DNA of 64,000 nucleotides, from NCBI GenBank assembly GCA_964462035.1, contig CAYXAP010000021.1, positions 42,688 to 106,687 on the forward strand. The letters run 5' to 3'. Within the stretch, counting starts at the first letter, position 1; every line of letters starts with the position of its first letter. The notes beneath the pieces were generated by a model. The model saw only the letters and a list, made by a program, of their open reading frames with translations. It ran no database searches and was not told where the DNA came from. The stretch comes from an uncultured Sandaracinus sp. GTDB taxonomy: Bacteria > Myxococcota_A > Polyangia > Polyangiales > Houyiibacteriaceae. The translations under genes and the position numbers were made by a program. Positions 29,242 through 39,272 of the stretch are shown one piece after another.

Positions 29242-29778
29242 TCAGCGGCGGCGGACGAGGGCGGCCACGCCCCGGGCGATGTCGTCCCGCTCGGCGAGCG
29301 TGAAGCCCTCGCGCTCGTGGACGATTCGCCCACTGCGGTCGACCCAAACGGTGAAGGGCGCGCCGCGGCGAGGGTTCAGGCGGCTGGTCACGGCCGTGTC
29401 CAGGTCGCTGACCACGGGGAACTCGAGACCCAGGCGGTTCACGGTCGGGGCTGCTCGGGCGATGGTCTCGGCGCCGTCCATGCTGACGGCCACGACCTGC
29501 AGGCCGCGCTCTTTGTAGCGCTCGTAGAGCTGCTGGTAGAGGGGCAGCTGCTGCTTGCAGGGCTCGCACCAGGTCGCCCAGAAGATGATGACCACGGGGT
29601 GCTCGCCCAGGTGGTCGCTCATCTCGAAGTTCCCGCTGACCGGCCCACCGGGGATGGCCGGCAGGGTGAACGCCGGCGGACGGCTACCGACCCGGGCCTC
29701 GGCCTGGGGTGGGGCCATCAGGCCCAAGAGTATGGCCGCGGCGAGGAAGGGGACGGAGAGGGTCGAGATCAGGCGCAT
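29242..29778 (-). CDS. TlpA/ResA family exported thiol-disulfide oxidoreductase
   Basis: Signal peptide, FWATWCEPC. Confidence 0.92.
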   Translation of the reverse strand: MRLISTLSVPFLAAAILLGLMAPPQAEARVGSRPPAFTLPAIPGGPVSGNFEMSDHLGEHPVVIIFWATWCEPCKQQLPLYQQLYERYKERGLQVVAVSMDGAETIARAAPTVNRLGLEFPVVSDLDTAVTSRLNPRRGAPFTVWVDRSGRIVHEREGFTLAERDDIARGVAALVRRR

Positions 29779-29821
29779 CGGGTAGGTCCTAGCAGACGGA
29801 GGAGGGGAGGGCCGGATTCAC

Positions 29822-31876
29822 TCAGAGCCGGAGCACCAGCTCGCCGAGGAATCCTTGGAAGAGCGGGACGTCGCGGCAGACGCCGCCCGAGCAGATGCGA
29901 CCACCAGGTTGGGCGCCGCCGAAGATCCGCAGGAAGCTCCCTTCCATGAAGTCGAAGCGGGCCTCGACGCCGGGGTAGAGAACCGGGGCGTCGGATCCCC
30001 GCTTCTCGTTGTTCCAGGCGAGTACGGGAGAGACTCGGATGCGGCCCTGCCACGAGTAGGTGATGGAGAGCGAGCCACGGACGTAGTCGTCGAAGTCGAG
30101 CGCCGAGGCGTTCCACTTGCTCTCCTGCCGGTGGATGAGGCTCAGCTCCACGCTGTGGGGACCGGTGACGATGCCGGCCTCGAGCTGGCCATGGATCACC
30201 CGCCAGTGCAGGTCACCGCCTTCGCGGGCGTCCCGCGCCCCGAGATAGCGGTCATCGCGGTAGCCGCCGTTGAGATCGAAGGTCCACCCGAGGCCGGTCG
30301 GTTGTCCGCGGATGACCCTCTGGACCTTGAGGGTGAGGTGGTTGAGCCAGAAGCCGTCGCTGGACCAGGGGTCGCCCTGGTCATTGGGGTCGCTGTTTCG
30401 GTGCTCGGCGTGGCCGTAGCTGAGCAGAGCGGCCGACAGGCCCCAGCCGCCCGGGGGGAAGCCGTAGTCGAGCTGCAACCGACCGCCGCGGGCGTTGCTC
30501 TGGTTCTCCGGCCGTTCGTAGTCGCCCTCGAGATCGGGCACGGCGCTGTAGATGCGATGGGCCGGTGCGGCGACGTCGTCGGCGACGTAGAACCGGCGGT
30601 AGTCCTTCCACTCGAACGCCAGCGTGGCTCGCTCCGAGGCTTCGACCTGGAGCGACGCATAGACCGCTCGCCCGGAGTTGCTGCTGACCCCGCGGAGCTG
30701 GTCGTCGAGCTCGCGCCGGGAGAGGTTGGCCTCGCCGTAGAGGCTGACCTTGCCGCACGCGAGGCGTGGGAGCTCGAGGTGCCAGCCGACGATGTCGAGA
30801 TTCGTCTGTCGGTCGAAGCCGGTCGAGTCGTCGGTCGCGAACATGTAGCGCGCGCCGTGCGCAGCGAGCTCGAAGCCGGGCAGCCGGTAGCCGAGCTCCG
30901 CGCCCATGATCCAGTCGCGGGTGTCGGGGGACTCCCAGAGCGAGCGGCGCGGTCGGTCCGCAGGTTCTCGGATGATCGCCAGAGTGTTGGGATCCAAGTT
31001 CTGCGGGTTGGCCGCGCCGCCCAGCGCCTTGAAGAAGATCTTCCCGTTGTCGTAGGCGAGCTGACCGCCTCGAAGCGCGGTGTCGGTGCCCAGGATGTCC
31101 AGGCGCCGGAAGCTCAGCGCGATGCCTCGGCCGAGCACTGCGTAGCTGTCGAGGGCGTCGAGCTTCCAGGGGCCGCGCTCCCAGTGGACCGAGAAGCGCT
31201 CGAGTCGGGCGTCGCCTTCGACGCAGCTGCCGGTCGCGACCTCCGGGCAGTCGGACTGGGCGAGGGGCAGGAAGAAGTCGAGGCGCGCTCCGATGCGGAG
31301 CTCCTCGCCCTGCATCGCGCCCTCCAGTCGCTCCCAGGCGCTGAAGAAGTGGTCGTTGAGCTCGTTCGAGTCGAAGTTCTCGAAGCGATACTGCGCACGG
31401 GTGGTGCTGGTGAGGGTGAAGGTGGTCTCGCCGAAGACCGGCAGCACCGGCGGACCGTTCTCGTCGGCCTCGGCGAGCACGGCGTCGAAGTCCCACTCGT
31501 CGCCGCCCTCGGCGTCTCCCTCATCATCCTCGTCGAGGTCGTCGGGGAGCTCCCAGTCGTCGCCGCCGTCGATCTCGTCGAGGTCGTCGGGGAGCTGGTA
31601 GTCGTCCGCCGGCTCTGACTCCGAGCCAGAGTCCGACTCGGAGCCTGACTCCGACTCCGACTCCGACGGACGATCGCCGGTCTCCGACTCCGACGGACGA
31701 TCGCCGGTCTCCGACTCCGACGGCCGATCACCGACGTCCGATTCCGACGGCTGATCGCCGGCGTCCGACTCCGATTCCGCATCTGCTCCCGCCCCCGTCT
31801 GTGCGAAAGCGGGCCCCCCAAAGAGGAGAGCCCGCCCTAGCAGAAGGAGCGCGAGCGCTGTGACCCTCGCGCGCAC
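29822..31876 (-). CDS. Outer membrane beta-barrel-like protein with C-terminal CxxxxC (DUF6029-like)
   Basis: Signal peptide, acidic repeat N-terminus, LGRGIALSF..DTALRG, amphipathic strands, GGRICSGGVCR near C-terminus. Confidence 0.7.
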   Translation of the reverse strand: MRARVTALALLLLGRALLFGGPAFAQTGAGADAESESDAGDQPSESDVGDRPSESETGDRPSESETGDRPSESESESGSESDSGSESEPADDYQLPDDLDEIDGGDDWELPDDLDEDDEGDAEGGDEWDFDAVLAEADENGPPVLPVFGETTFTLTSTTRAQYRFENFDSNELNDHFFSAWERLEGAMQGEELRIGARLDFFLPLAQSDCPEVATGSCVEGDARLERFSVHWERGPWKLDALDSYAVLGRGIALSFRRLDILGTDTALRGGQLAYDNGKIFFKALGGAANPQNLDPNTLAIIREPADRPRRSLWESPDTRDWIMGAELGYRLPGFELAAHGARYMFATDDSTGFDRQTNLDIVGWHLELPRLACGKVSLYGEANLSRRELDDQLRGVSSNSGRAVYASLQVEASERATLAFEWKDYRRFYVADDVAAPAHRIYSAVPDLEGDYERPENQSNARGGRLQLDYGFPPGGWGLSAALLSYGHAEHRNSDPNDQGDPWSSDGFWLNHLTLKVQRVIRGQPTGLGWTFDLNGGYRDDRYLGARDAREGGDLHWRVIHGQLEAGIVTGPHSVELSLIHRQESKWNASALDFDDYVRGSLSITYSWQGRIRVSPVLAWNNEKRGSDAPVLYPGVEARFDFMEGSFLRIFGGAQPGGRICSGGVCRDVPLFQGFLGELVLRL
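31655..31770. repeat. About four 27-bp tandem repeats encoding GDRPSESET
   Basis: GACTCCGACGGACGATCGCCGGTCTCC-like units seen directly; boundaries approximate. Confidence 0.75.
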
Positions 31877-31886
31877 CGAGCCGGAT

Positions 31887-32528
31887 TCAGTCGCCCAGGA
31901 CCTCGTCGATCGCGCTCTTGAGCGAGGTCAGGCCATCGCTGGCCCCGTTCTCGCGGAAGCGAATCACGCCCTGGCTGTCGACGATGATCGTCGAGGGAAG
32001 CGCGTTGTCCGGGAAGAAGATCCCGGTGAGCTGCGCGGGGTCGATGAGCTCGACGTTCGAGAGCCCGAAGCGGTCGACCCAGCCCTGGCAGTACGCGAGG
32101 TCCGGAGCCGAGTAGTCCGCGGTCTGGGTGAGGATCTGGATGACCCGCACGCCCTGACCGGCGTAGAAGTCGTTGATCTCCGCCTCGAGCTGCATGCTCT
32201 CGGCGATGCAGGGCGGGCACCAGCCCGCCGCGATGCTGATGACGGTCAGCTGGTTCTCGCAGAACGACTCGTTGTAGAAGGAGTAGTCCGCGCCGCTGCA
32301 GTCCTGCAGGGTGAACCCACTGAGGTTGCGGCCCGGGATGGCACCGAAGCCACTCGTCGGGACCCGGTCCTGGCAGGAGAGGGCGTCGGGTGTCCCGAGG
32401 TCCTCGTCCATGGGCGTGCCCATGTCCATGCCGGGCACGTCGGAGACATCGGTCCCGTCCGTCGCGTCGTCATCACCACAGCCAGCGAGCGCCACCAGCG
32501 CACCCACGATCAAGCTCAGCTTCTTCAT
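31887..32528 (-). CDS. Thioredoxin-fold (TlpA-like) lipoprotein
   Basis: ALAGC-GDDD lipobox, AGWCPPC, LPSTIIVD. Confidence 0.88.
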   Translation of the reverse strand: MKKLSLIVGALVALAGCGDDDATDGTDVSDVPGMDMGTPMDEDLGTPDALSCQDRVPTSGFGAIPGRNLSGFTLQDCSGADYSFYNESFCENQLTVISIAAGWCPPCIAESMQLEAEINDFYAGQGVRVIQILTQTADYSAPDLAYCQGWVDRFGLSNVELIDPAQLTGIFFPDNALPSTIIVDSQGVIRFRENGASDGLTSLKSAIDEVLGD

Positions 32529-32557
32529 CACAATCCTCGTTCCACCTAGTCCCCGGG

Positions 32558-33547
32558 TCACATCGGGGCGCAGACCGACCGGGTACCACCACCCGACGCC
32601 GGCACACTCGTACACTCGAACCCTGCCGGGCAGGGCGTCTCCGCGCAATCCACCGGGAAGCAAATCCCGTTGGTGAAGGTCTTCGGCCCGCTCGAGAGCT
32701 GGACCGTCTTGGAGCACTCGTAGCCCTCCGCCTCGCGGCAGTCGGCGTTGGTGTCGCAGACCTTCAGGCACACGCCCGGGCTCCCCTGGACCAGCTCGCC
32801 GGTCGGGTAGCAGACGTTTGCGTCCGGGCAGACTCCGGTCGGGTAGGCGTCGCCGAAGTACAGGTCGTTGCTGTTCCAGCCGGGCTCGAGCGCGCAGTTG
32901 CCGATGCAGGTGCCGCCGTTCCAGCCGGTCGGCGTCCCGCCCTCGTTGCGCTCCGTGATGCAGTTGCCGCTCAGGCAGGCGTCGTCGGTCGCGCAGGCTT
33001 CGCCGGTCCGGCCGCCCTCGGTCGGGACCTCGCCCTGGGGGAGGCACTCGGCCGCGTAGGGGTTGCAGTCCGATCGATACCCGCAGTCGTCGCTGTCCAT
33101 GCAGAGCCCGACGCACAGGCCGAAGCTGGGGCGAGTCGGGTCGATCTGGCCCTTGCCGGCGCAGACGTAGTTCTCGCGGCAGTCGGTCGAGTTGGAGCAG
33201 GCCTGCTCGCAGATGTTCTGGCCGCCCTCGCCGGTCGGGATGCAGTGGTTGAAGACCACGCCGTCGTCGCAGGGGCCGCGGTCGGCGCAGGGGAGGGTGC
33301 AGTGACCCTCCGGCCAGCCCTCGGGGCCGGTCCGGCAGAACGCCGTCGGGCCCATCGTCGCCTGGCACTGCTCGTCGATGATGCAGGGCCCGAAGAGCGA
33401 GCTGGGCGGGGGCGGGCCCATGTCCGTCTCCGGCTCGCTCATGTCGATGCCCTGGTCCGGGATGCCCGTGATGTCGCCGTCGTCGTCGCCACAGGCGGCG
33501 AGGAGGAGGAGCGCCGAGGCGCCGAGAGTAAGGTAAGTGCGTGCCAT
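32558..33547 (-). CDS. Cysteine-rich lipoprotein
   Basis: LLAAC-GDDD lipobox; repeated CxxxCxxxxDC and WxGGxC motifs. Confidence 0.78.
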   Translation of the reverse strand: MARTYLTLGASALLLLAACGDDDGDITGIPDQGIDMSEPETDMGPPPPSSLFGPCIIDEQCQATMGPTAFCRTGPEGWPEGHCTLPCADRGPCDDGVVFNHCIPTGEGGQNICEQACSNSTDCRENYVCAGKGQIDPTRPSFGLCVGLCMDSDDCGYRSDCNPYAAECLPQGEVPTEGGRTGEACATDDACLSGNCITERNEGGTPTGWNGGTCIGNCALEPGWNSNDLYFGDAYPTGVCPDANVCYPTGELVQGSPGVCLKVCDTNADCREAEGYECSKTVQLSSGPKTFTNGICFPVDCAETPCPAGFECTSVPASGGGTRSVCAPM

Positions 33548-33612
33548 GGAGAACCCGTTCCACCTAGCAGGGGGCGGTACCCACGGCAAGGCACGCAGGA
33601 GGTGAAAGGCCT

Positions 33613-34551
33613 TCAGTTTCCGAGTTTCAGGGCCCGGACGACCCAGGCGACGAGATCCGCGATCACCTCGTCCCGATTGGTCTCGTTGACCACCTCGTGC
33701 CGGCCGCCCGGCCAGAGCTGGAGGGTCACGTCCTTCAGCCCGTCGCCGCGATAGGCCTCCACGAGGTTCCGGGCTCCCTGGGCTCGGCCGATCGAGGTGT
33801 CGTCGCTCCCGGCGACCACGTAGATCGGCTTCTCGCGAGGAATCGACGCCAGGTGGGCGGGCTTCGTCAGGCTGGGGATCACGTCGAGCAGCTGGATCCA
33901 GGTCTCGATCGAGACGTCGAAGCCGCAGAGCGGGTCGGCGGCGTAGGCGTCGACCGCGGCCGGGTCCCGCGAGAGCCAGTCGAAAGCGGTTCGACCCTCG
34001 AAGGGCCCGTTGAAGTCCTCGAAGGTCAGCTTGCGGATGAGGGCCGAGACACCGCGCTTGCCGAGCCGCAGCCGCTCGGCCCGAGCGACGAGCCGACCGA
34101 TCGCCGCGATGAAGGGGGGCTTGCCGCCGTTGCCGCTGATCGCCCAGGCGTCGGCGTCGTCCGGGTTCTGGCCCAGCAGCGTCTGGGCCACGTAGCCGCC
34201 CATCGAGTGCGCGAAGATCGCCCTTGGCAGCCCGGGGTGCTCCGCTTGCAGGGCCTGAGCCCGCTCGTGCAGATCGCCGACCAGCTTCTGCCAGCCGTCC
34301 TCGTCGCCGATGTGACCCGGCGCCTCGCCCGTCGGCACCGAGAGGCCATGGCCCCGGTGGTCGTGGGCCGACACCAGGAAGCCCTCGGCGGTGAACGCGC
34401 GGGCCACGTGGTCGTAGCGAGCGGCGTGCTCCGCCATCCCGTGGACGATCTGGAGCAGGGCCGTCGGCTCGCCCTCGGGCGCCCACGTGTAGGTCGCCAG
34501 CTCGGTGCCGTCGTGGGTGCGGTGGGTACCGCGCTCGAATCCCTCGGTCAT
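33613..34551 (-). CDS. Alpha/beta hydrolase (lysophospholipase/monoacylglycerol lipase-like)
   Basis: VHGMAEH..RY, DHRGHG, AHSMG, WLSRD, RHEVVNE. Confidence 0.92.
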   Translation of the reverse strand: MTEGFERGTHRTHDGTELATYTWAPEGEPTALLQIVHGMAEHAARYDHVARAFTAEGFLVSAHDHRGHGLSVPTGEAPGHIGDEDGWQKLVGDLHERAQALQAEHPGLPRAIFAHSMGGYVAQTLLGQNPDDADAWAISGNGGKPPFIAAIGRLVARAERLRLGKRGVSALIRKLTFEDFNGPFEGRTAFDWLSRDPAAVDAYAADPLCGFDVSIETWIQLLDVIPSLTKPAHLASIPREKPIYVVAGSDDTSIGRAQGARNLVEAYRGDGLKDVTLQLWPGGRHEVVNETNRDEVIADLVAWVVRALKLGN

Positions 34552-34623
34552 GGCGGGAGCGTAGCGCACCCGTCCCCGAGCGAGGGTCGCCTTCGCGATC
34601 GGCTCCGCTAGACTGCGCGGCCG

Positions 34624-36726
34624 ATGATCCGGGGAAGCTGGTTCGCGGCGCTGCTCGTGGCGTCGTCGCTCGGGGGCTGCGGTGACGACGGCGGATCGCC
34701 CGACGGCTCGCTGCTCTGCACGGCGGACTCGCAGTGCGACGACGGCGTCTACTGCAACGGCATGGAGCGCTGCGTGCCGGGGGCGGGCGCCAGTCCGCTC
34801 GGCTGCGTCGCGGGCGTTCGCCCCTGCGAAGGGGTCGGCGCGTGCCTGGAGATCGAGGACCGGTGCGACGCCGACTGCGAGACCCCGGACGGCGACGGCG
34901 ACGGGGTCGAGCGCGTCGGCTGTGGTGGCGCCGACTGCGACGACGAGGACGACAGCCGCTTCCCGGGCAACCCGGAGATCTGCGACGCGGAGGGCGTCGA
35001 CGAGGACTGCGACCCGGCGACGACGGGCGCGCGCGATCGCGATCGCGACGGCTACCTCGACGCGAGCTGTTCCGACGGCATCGGGCTCGATTGCAACGAC
35101 CTCGACGCGTCCATCTCGCCAGCGAGCACCGAGGCCTGCAACGGCGTCGACGACGACTGTGATGGCGACGTCGACGAAGGGGTGGCGGTCGACGGCTTCG
35201 TCGACGCCGACGCCGACGGCCGCGGCGACGGAGAGCGAGCGATGCGGGCGTGCCCCGGGAGCGTTCGCTTCTCGCTCTACGGCGACGACTGTGACGACAC
35301 CGACCCCTCCGTGCACCCGACGCAGAACGAGATCTGCGACGGCCTCGACAACGATTGCGACGAGGCGATGGACGAGGACGCCCGCGCGGTGGTCTGGTAC
35401 GAGGACGCGGACGGCGACGGCTACGGCCTCGTCTACGGCGAGCGGCGGATCAGCTGCGACCCGATCGAGGGCTTCTCGCTCCTCCCGACGGACTGTGACG
35501 ACACGCTGGCGGCCGTGAGCCCGGTCGGTGTCGAGGCCTGCAACGGGCGCGACGACGACTGCAACGGCAGCGCCGACTTCGCCGTGGCGGGCGACGGGGA
35601 GGACGACGACCGCGACGGAGTCGCCGACGTGAGCTGTGGTGGCACGGACTGCAACGACACCCGCGCGGAGATCGCGGAGGGCTCGGCCGAGCTCTGCAAC
35701 GGGCAGGACGACGACTGTGACTCGATGGTCGACGAGGGCGTGGACGCGACCGATTGGTACGTCGACGGCGATGGCGATGGCTACGGCGCTGGACCGGCGA
35801 TGAGCCTCTGCGTGGACTCGAGCGTGCTCGTCGCGCGGAGCGGCGACTGCGACGACGCGCAGCCCGCGGTCTTCCCGTCGGCGCCGGAGCGCTGCGACGG
35901 ACTGGACCAGGACTGCGACGGAGACACCGACGAAGGCGCGTCCTGCTCGCTCCCCAACGCTCGCGCCGTCTGTTCGGCCGGTCGCTGCGAGGTGAGCGAG
36001 TGCGTGGGGGTCTTCGGTGACTGCAACCTCCGTGCGGTCGACGGATGCGAGACGTCGCTCGACTCGATGGCGAGCTGCGGGCTCTGCGCCGCGAGCTGCA
36101 ACGTCGCCTGCGATGGCGGCTTCTGCAGCAACATCCCCTCGGAGCTCACCTTCCAGGTGACCACGCTCGAGCCGGGGGGCGCCGGGCCGCTGGTCGGCGC
36201 GGGTGTGTACCTGCCCCTCACTCGGCCGCTCCGGACCTTCGTGACGGACGACGCGGGGCAGGTCGACATCGCGATGCCCATCCCCACGTGGGTCGCCGTG
36301 AGCCAGGCTGGCTATTGGCCGACGACCTTCCCCTACGACGGCGGCAGCATCCCGATCATCCCCGGGTACTCGTTGGGTGGGGCTCAGGTGATGCCCGTAC
36401 AGCGGTCGGAGCTCACGACCGCCGGCATCGCTCAGGATCCGAGTCTCGGCATGTTGGTCTTGGTCGACACCTCGGGTGGCGTCGGTCCGCAGGTGGACGC
36501 GTCGCTCAGCCTCCCCTTCGACGAGAAGATCGCCGTGGACCGCGCGCCCACCCTGACCCGAACCGGAGCCGCCACGCTGGGCATGGACAATCCCATGCTC
36601 GTCTTCACGAACGTGGTGCCCGGCCGGGTGGAGGTCGACGTGCTCCCTTGTCGCATCAGCGACACGAACGTCCGGGTCTATCCCGGTGCGATCACCGTCA
36701 TGCGAGTGACCTGTTTCTCCGGCTGA
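34624..36726 (+). CDS. Lipoprotein with MopE-like putative metal-binding repeats
   Basis: LGGC-GDD lipobox; repeated DCDD..P.A.E.C.G.DDDCDG..DEG and DxDGDG. Confidence 0.85.
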   Translation: MIRGSWFAALLVASSLGGCGDDGGSPDGSLLCTADSQCDDGVYCNGMERCVPGAGASPLGCVAGVRPCEGVGACLEIEDRCDADCETPDGDGDGVERVGCGGADCDDEDDSRFPGNPEICDAEGVDEDCDPATTGARDRDRDGYLDASCSDGIGLDCNDLDASISPASTEACNGVDDDCDGDVDEGVAVDGFVDADADGRGDGERAMRACPGSVRFSLYGDDCDDTDPSVHPTQNEICDGLDNDCDEAMDEDARAVVWYEDADGDGYGLVYGERRISCDPIEGFSLLPTDCDDTLAAVSPVGVEACNGRDDDCNGSADFAVAGDGEDDDRDGVADVSCGGTDCNDTRAEIAEGSAELCNGQDDDCDSMVDEGVDATDWYVDGDGDGYGAGPAMSLCVDSSVLVARSGDCDDAQPAVFPSAPERCDGLDQDCDGDTDEGASCSLPNARAVCSAGRCEVSECVGVFGDCNLRAVDGCETSLDSMASCGLCAASCNVACDGGFCSNIPSELTFQVTTLEPGGAGPLVGAGVYLPLTRPLRTFVTDDAGQVDIAMPIPTWVAVSQAGYWPTTFPYDGGSIPIIPGYSLGGAQVMPVQRSELTTAGIAQDPSLGMLVLVDTSGGVGPQVDASLSLPFDEKIAVDRAPTLTRTGAATLGMDNPMLVFTNVVPGRVEVDVLPCRISDTNVRVYPGAITVMRVTCFSG

Positions 36727-36732
36727 CGACGA

Positions 36733-38058
36733 TCAGGACGTCGTGGCCATCTCGGCGGTGGACTCGAGGCCGAGGATCTCGCGCTCGACGGCGGCGTAGT
36801 CGACCGGCACGTCGAAGCGCGCGAGCACCGAGTAGAAGCCGAACTGCAGCCGGTTCAGGAACATCATCCCCTCCGGCATGGTGATCATCTCGTCGGCCTT
36901 GGTGCGGATCGCCTTCTTGGCCATGGTCATGCAGTCGTCGACCAGGCTCGCCGCCCACTCGTGACTCACCCGGTAGGGCGAGTCCCAGATCGGATCGAAG
37001 AGACGCCGGCAGAACTTCAGCACGAGCTGATGGAAGAGCGGCTCGTCCTCACGCGGCGGGCCCTGGTCTTCGGGCATCTCCATCATCTGGCGGGAGGCGG
37101 TGTAGAAGCCGGCGAGGTCGCCGGTGAGCGCCGCGGTGTGGAGCGCCCGTGAGATGGCGCGCCTTCGAGCAGGAATCTCGATCACGCAGCCGAAGTCGAG
37201 CGCGGTGACCGAGCCGTCGTCGTGGAAGATGAAGTTGCCCGGATGCGGGTCGCCGTTGAAGACCCCGCCGACGATGGTGGAGTGAATCACGAAGCGCCAG
37301 AGCACCTCGGCCCATCGGATCTTGAGCGCGTCGTCGCTCGCGCAGGCTTCCTCGAAGGTCTTGCCGTGCACCATCACCGTGGTGAGCACCCGCTTGCTGC
37401 AGCGCTCCCGCACGACGGCAGGGATCCGGATGTGCTCACCGTCGGCGTAGAGCTCGGCGAAGCGCTCCTGGCGGTCGGCCTCGAGCGCGTAGTCGAGCTC
37501 CTGGCGGAAGACCTCCGCCATCTCGTCCACGCCCTCCTTGATGCCCATCTTCGCGCCGAAGGCGAAGGCCTTCATGTTGGCCATCAGCCCGGCGTTCTTC
37601 AGGTCGCTCTCGACCGCGCGGTCGATGCCCGGGTGCTGCACCTTCACGGCGACCTCGGTGCCGTCGGTCAGCGTCGCGCGGTGGACCTGGCCGATCGACG
37701 CGCTGGCGAAGGGCTCCGCCTCCCAGGTCGCGAAGAGCTCTTCGATGGGCGCGCCGAGGTCTTCCTCGACCACCGCGCGAATCTCGAGCGGGTCCGAGGA
37801 GGGCGTCGCCGCACGCAGGGCCCCGAGCGCGATCTCGAAGGCCTCGCGCTTGTCGGCCGGCACCAACCCATCGACGTAGCTCGCCATCTGGCCGGCCTTC
37901 GCGGCGAGGCCCCGCATCTGTCCGAGCACCCCCGCCGCTGCCTTGGCGGTCTTCTTCCCATCACCGTCGAAGACCCACCCCGCGCCGGTGCGTGCGCCGA
38001 GCAGCGCCATCCGCGCCGCGCGCCCGAAGCGCGATGCGGGCAGGTCCTTCTTCGCCAT
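36733..38058 (-). CDS. ABC1/AarF/UbiB atypical kinase family
   Basis: AKAGQ, PFASASIGQVHRA, VAVKVQHPG, DPHPGN, DFG. Confidence 0.93.
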   Translation of the reverse strand: MAKKDLPASRFGRAARMALLGARTGAGWVFDGDGKKTAKAAAGVLGQMRGLAAKAGQMASYVDGLVPADKREAFEIALGALRAATPSSDPLEIRAVVEEDLGAPIEELFATWEAEPFASASIGQVHRATLTDGTEVAVKVQHPGIDRAVESDLKNAGLMANMKAFAFGAKMGIKEGVDEMAEVFRQELDYALEADRQERFAELYADGEHIRIPAVVRERCSKRVLTTVMVHGKTFEEACASDDALKIRWAEVLWRFVIHSTIVGGVFNGDPHPGNFIFHDDGSVTALDFGCVIEIPARRRAISRALHTAALTGDLAGFYTASRQMMEMPEDQGPPREDEPLFHQLVLKFCRRLFDPIWDSPYRVSHEWAASLVDDCMTMAKKAIRTKADEMITMPEGMMFLNRLQFGFYSVLARFDVPVDYAAVEREILGLESTAEMATTS

Positions 38059-38188
38059 GGGCGCATTGTGGGGCCCGCGAGATTCTGCGTCGAGCGCCGC
38101 TGGGAGGCACGGTCCACCAGCCACGACACACACACGCATCGTTTCGGACACCCGGGGAGAGCGAGCGTCCGACCCCGTACGTCACGCC

Positions 38189-38707
38189 ATGAACGTCACC
38201 TATCGCGACATCGGCCCCGGCGTCGCCGAGGCCGTCCGCCGCTCGGCCCGACGCGAGGCCATGCTCATCGGTCTCCTGATCGCCCTACTCGCGATCCTGC
38301 TCGCGCTGGCCCTCGGGATGCTCTTGGGCGCAGGCGAGAACGGGCGATGGGCCGGGATCCTCTGCTCGGTGGTCCCGTTCCTCGGGATCGTCCCGTGCGT
38401 GGTGTACATCGTCGACCGACTGCGGGTCGCCCGACAGCCGGAGGCGACCGCCTTCGCTCGGCTCCTCGCGGATCCGGAGCGCATCGAGCGCATCGTCGCG
38501 AACCACGTGACCTACCGAGCCAGCGGAGCGCGGATGGGTTCGGAGCACATCCTGCATCTCGAGGCCCCGGGCGAGGCCGGCTACTGCCGTCTGGACGAAC
38601 GGTCCTTCACGATGGTCATGGCCTACCTCTCCAGCGCGATCCCGGAGGTGATGGCTCGATGGAAGCAGGAGCTCGAGGACGCGCGCCTGGAGGCATCCCT
38701 TCGCTGA
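38189..38707 (+). CDS. Hypothetical membrane protein (2 TM)
   Basis: Two hydrophobic helices; fills the gap between neighbours; ATG 38189. Confidence 0.6.
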   Translation: MNVTYRDIGPGVAEAVRRSARREAMLIGLLIALLAILLALALGMLLGAGENGRWAGILCSVVPFLGIVPCVVYIVDRLRVARQPEATAFARLLADPERIERIVANHVTYRASGARMGSEHILHLEAPGEAGYCRLDERSFTMVMAYLSSAIPEVMARWKQELEDARLEASLR

Positions 38708-38755
38708 TGCCTTCCGGCGGGCGCGCAGGCCGTGGCCTGCGCGCCGACGGACGGA

Positions 38756-39163
38756 CTAGCGGTTGATGGGTAGGTAGCTCTTCACGTAGTCGCCGCCCTG
38801 CGTGCCGGCGGCGATGAACGCGAGCGCCGGGGCGCCGACGAAGCAGAACATGATGTCGAACATCGTCGTGTGATAGGCGACCCAGTCCCCACCTTCGCCG
38901 GGCTGGATCAGCAGCTTGCCGACGATCATCCCGATCAGGGTGAAGACGGCAGCCGCGACACCCAGCGGGATCGAGTACTTCTTCCCGAACGTGACCCCAG
39001 CGACGCCGGAGGCGGCGCCGGTGGCCAACGCCAGCCACTTGAACTCGTTCACGAACATCCCGACGACGCCATAGATCAGGCCGACGACGATGGCGGCGCC
39101 AGCGGCGGCCAGGATGCCCTTCATCAGATCCTGCTGGACCTCGGGTGCGGTCTCTTCGGTCAT
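38756..39163 (-). CDS. Hypothetical membrane protein (about 4 TM)
   Basis: Hydrophobic 135 aa ORF with GGAGAG RBS. Confidence 0.75.
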   Translation of the reverse strand: MTEETAPEVQQDLMKGILAAAGAAIVVGLIYGVVGMFVNEFKWLALATGAASGVAGVTFGKKYSIPLGVAAAVFTLIGMIVGKLLIQPGEGGDWVAYHTTMFDIMFCFVGAPALAFIAAGTQGGDYVKSYLPINR

Positions 39164-39272
39164 CTCTCCCCCTTGTTCCGTCGTCGAGGACGCCCCGACG
39201 ATCGAGGGAGACTAGCCCGCTCCAAACCCGCTGGTCACCCGAATTGGGTGTGCCCCTAGAACGGGGACGAGC

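Noticed and set aside
31887-35316. Extended ORFs 31887-33563, 32558-34486, 33613-35316 as frameshifted fusions
   Set aside because: Each has a clean internal start with lipobox or promoter; extensions are low-complexity
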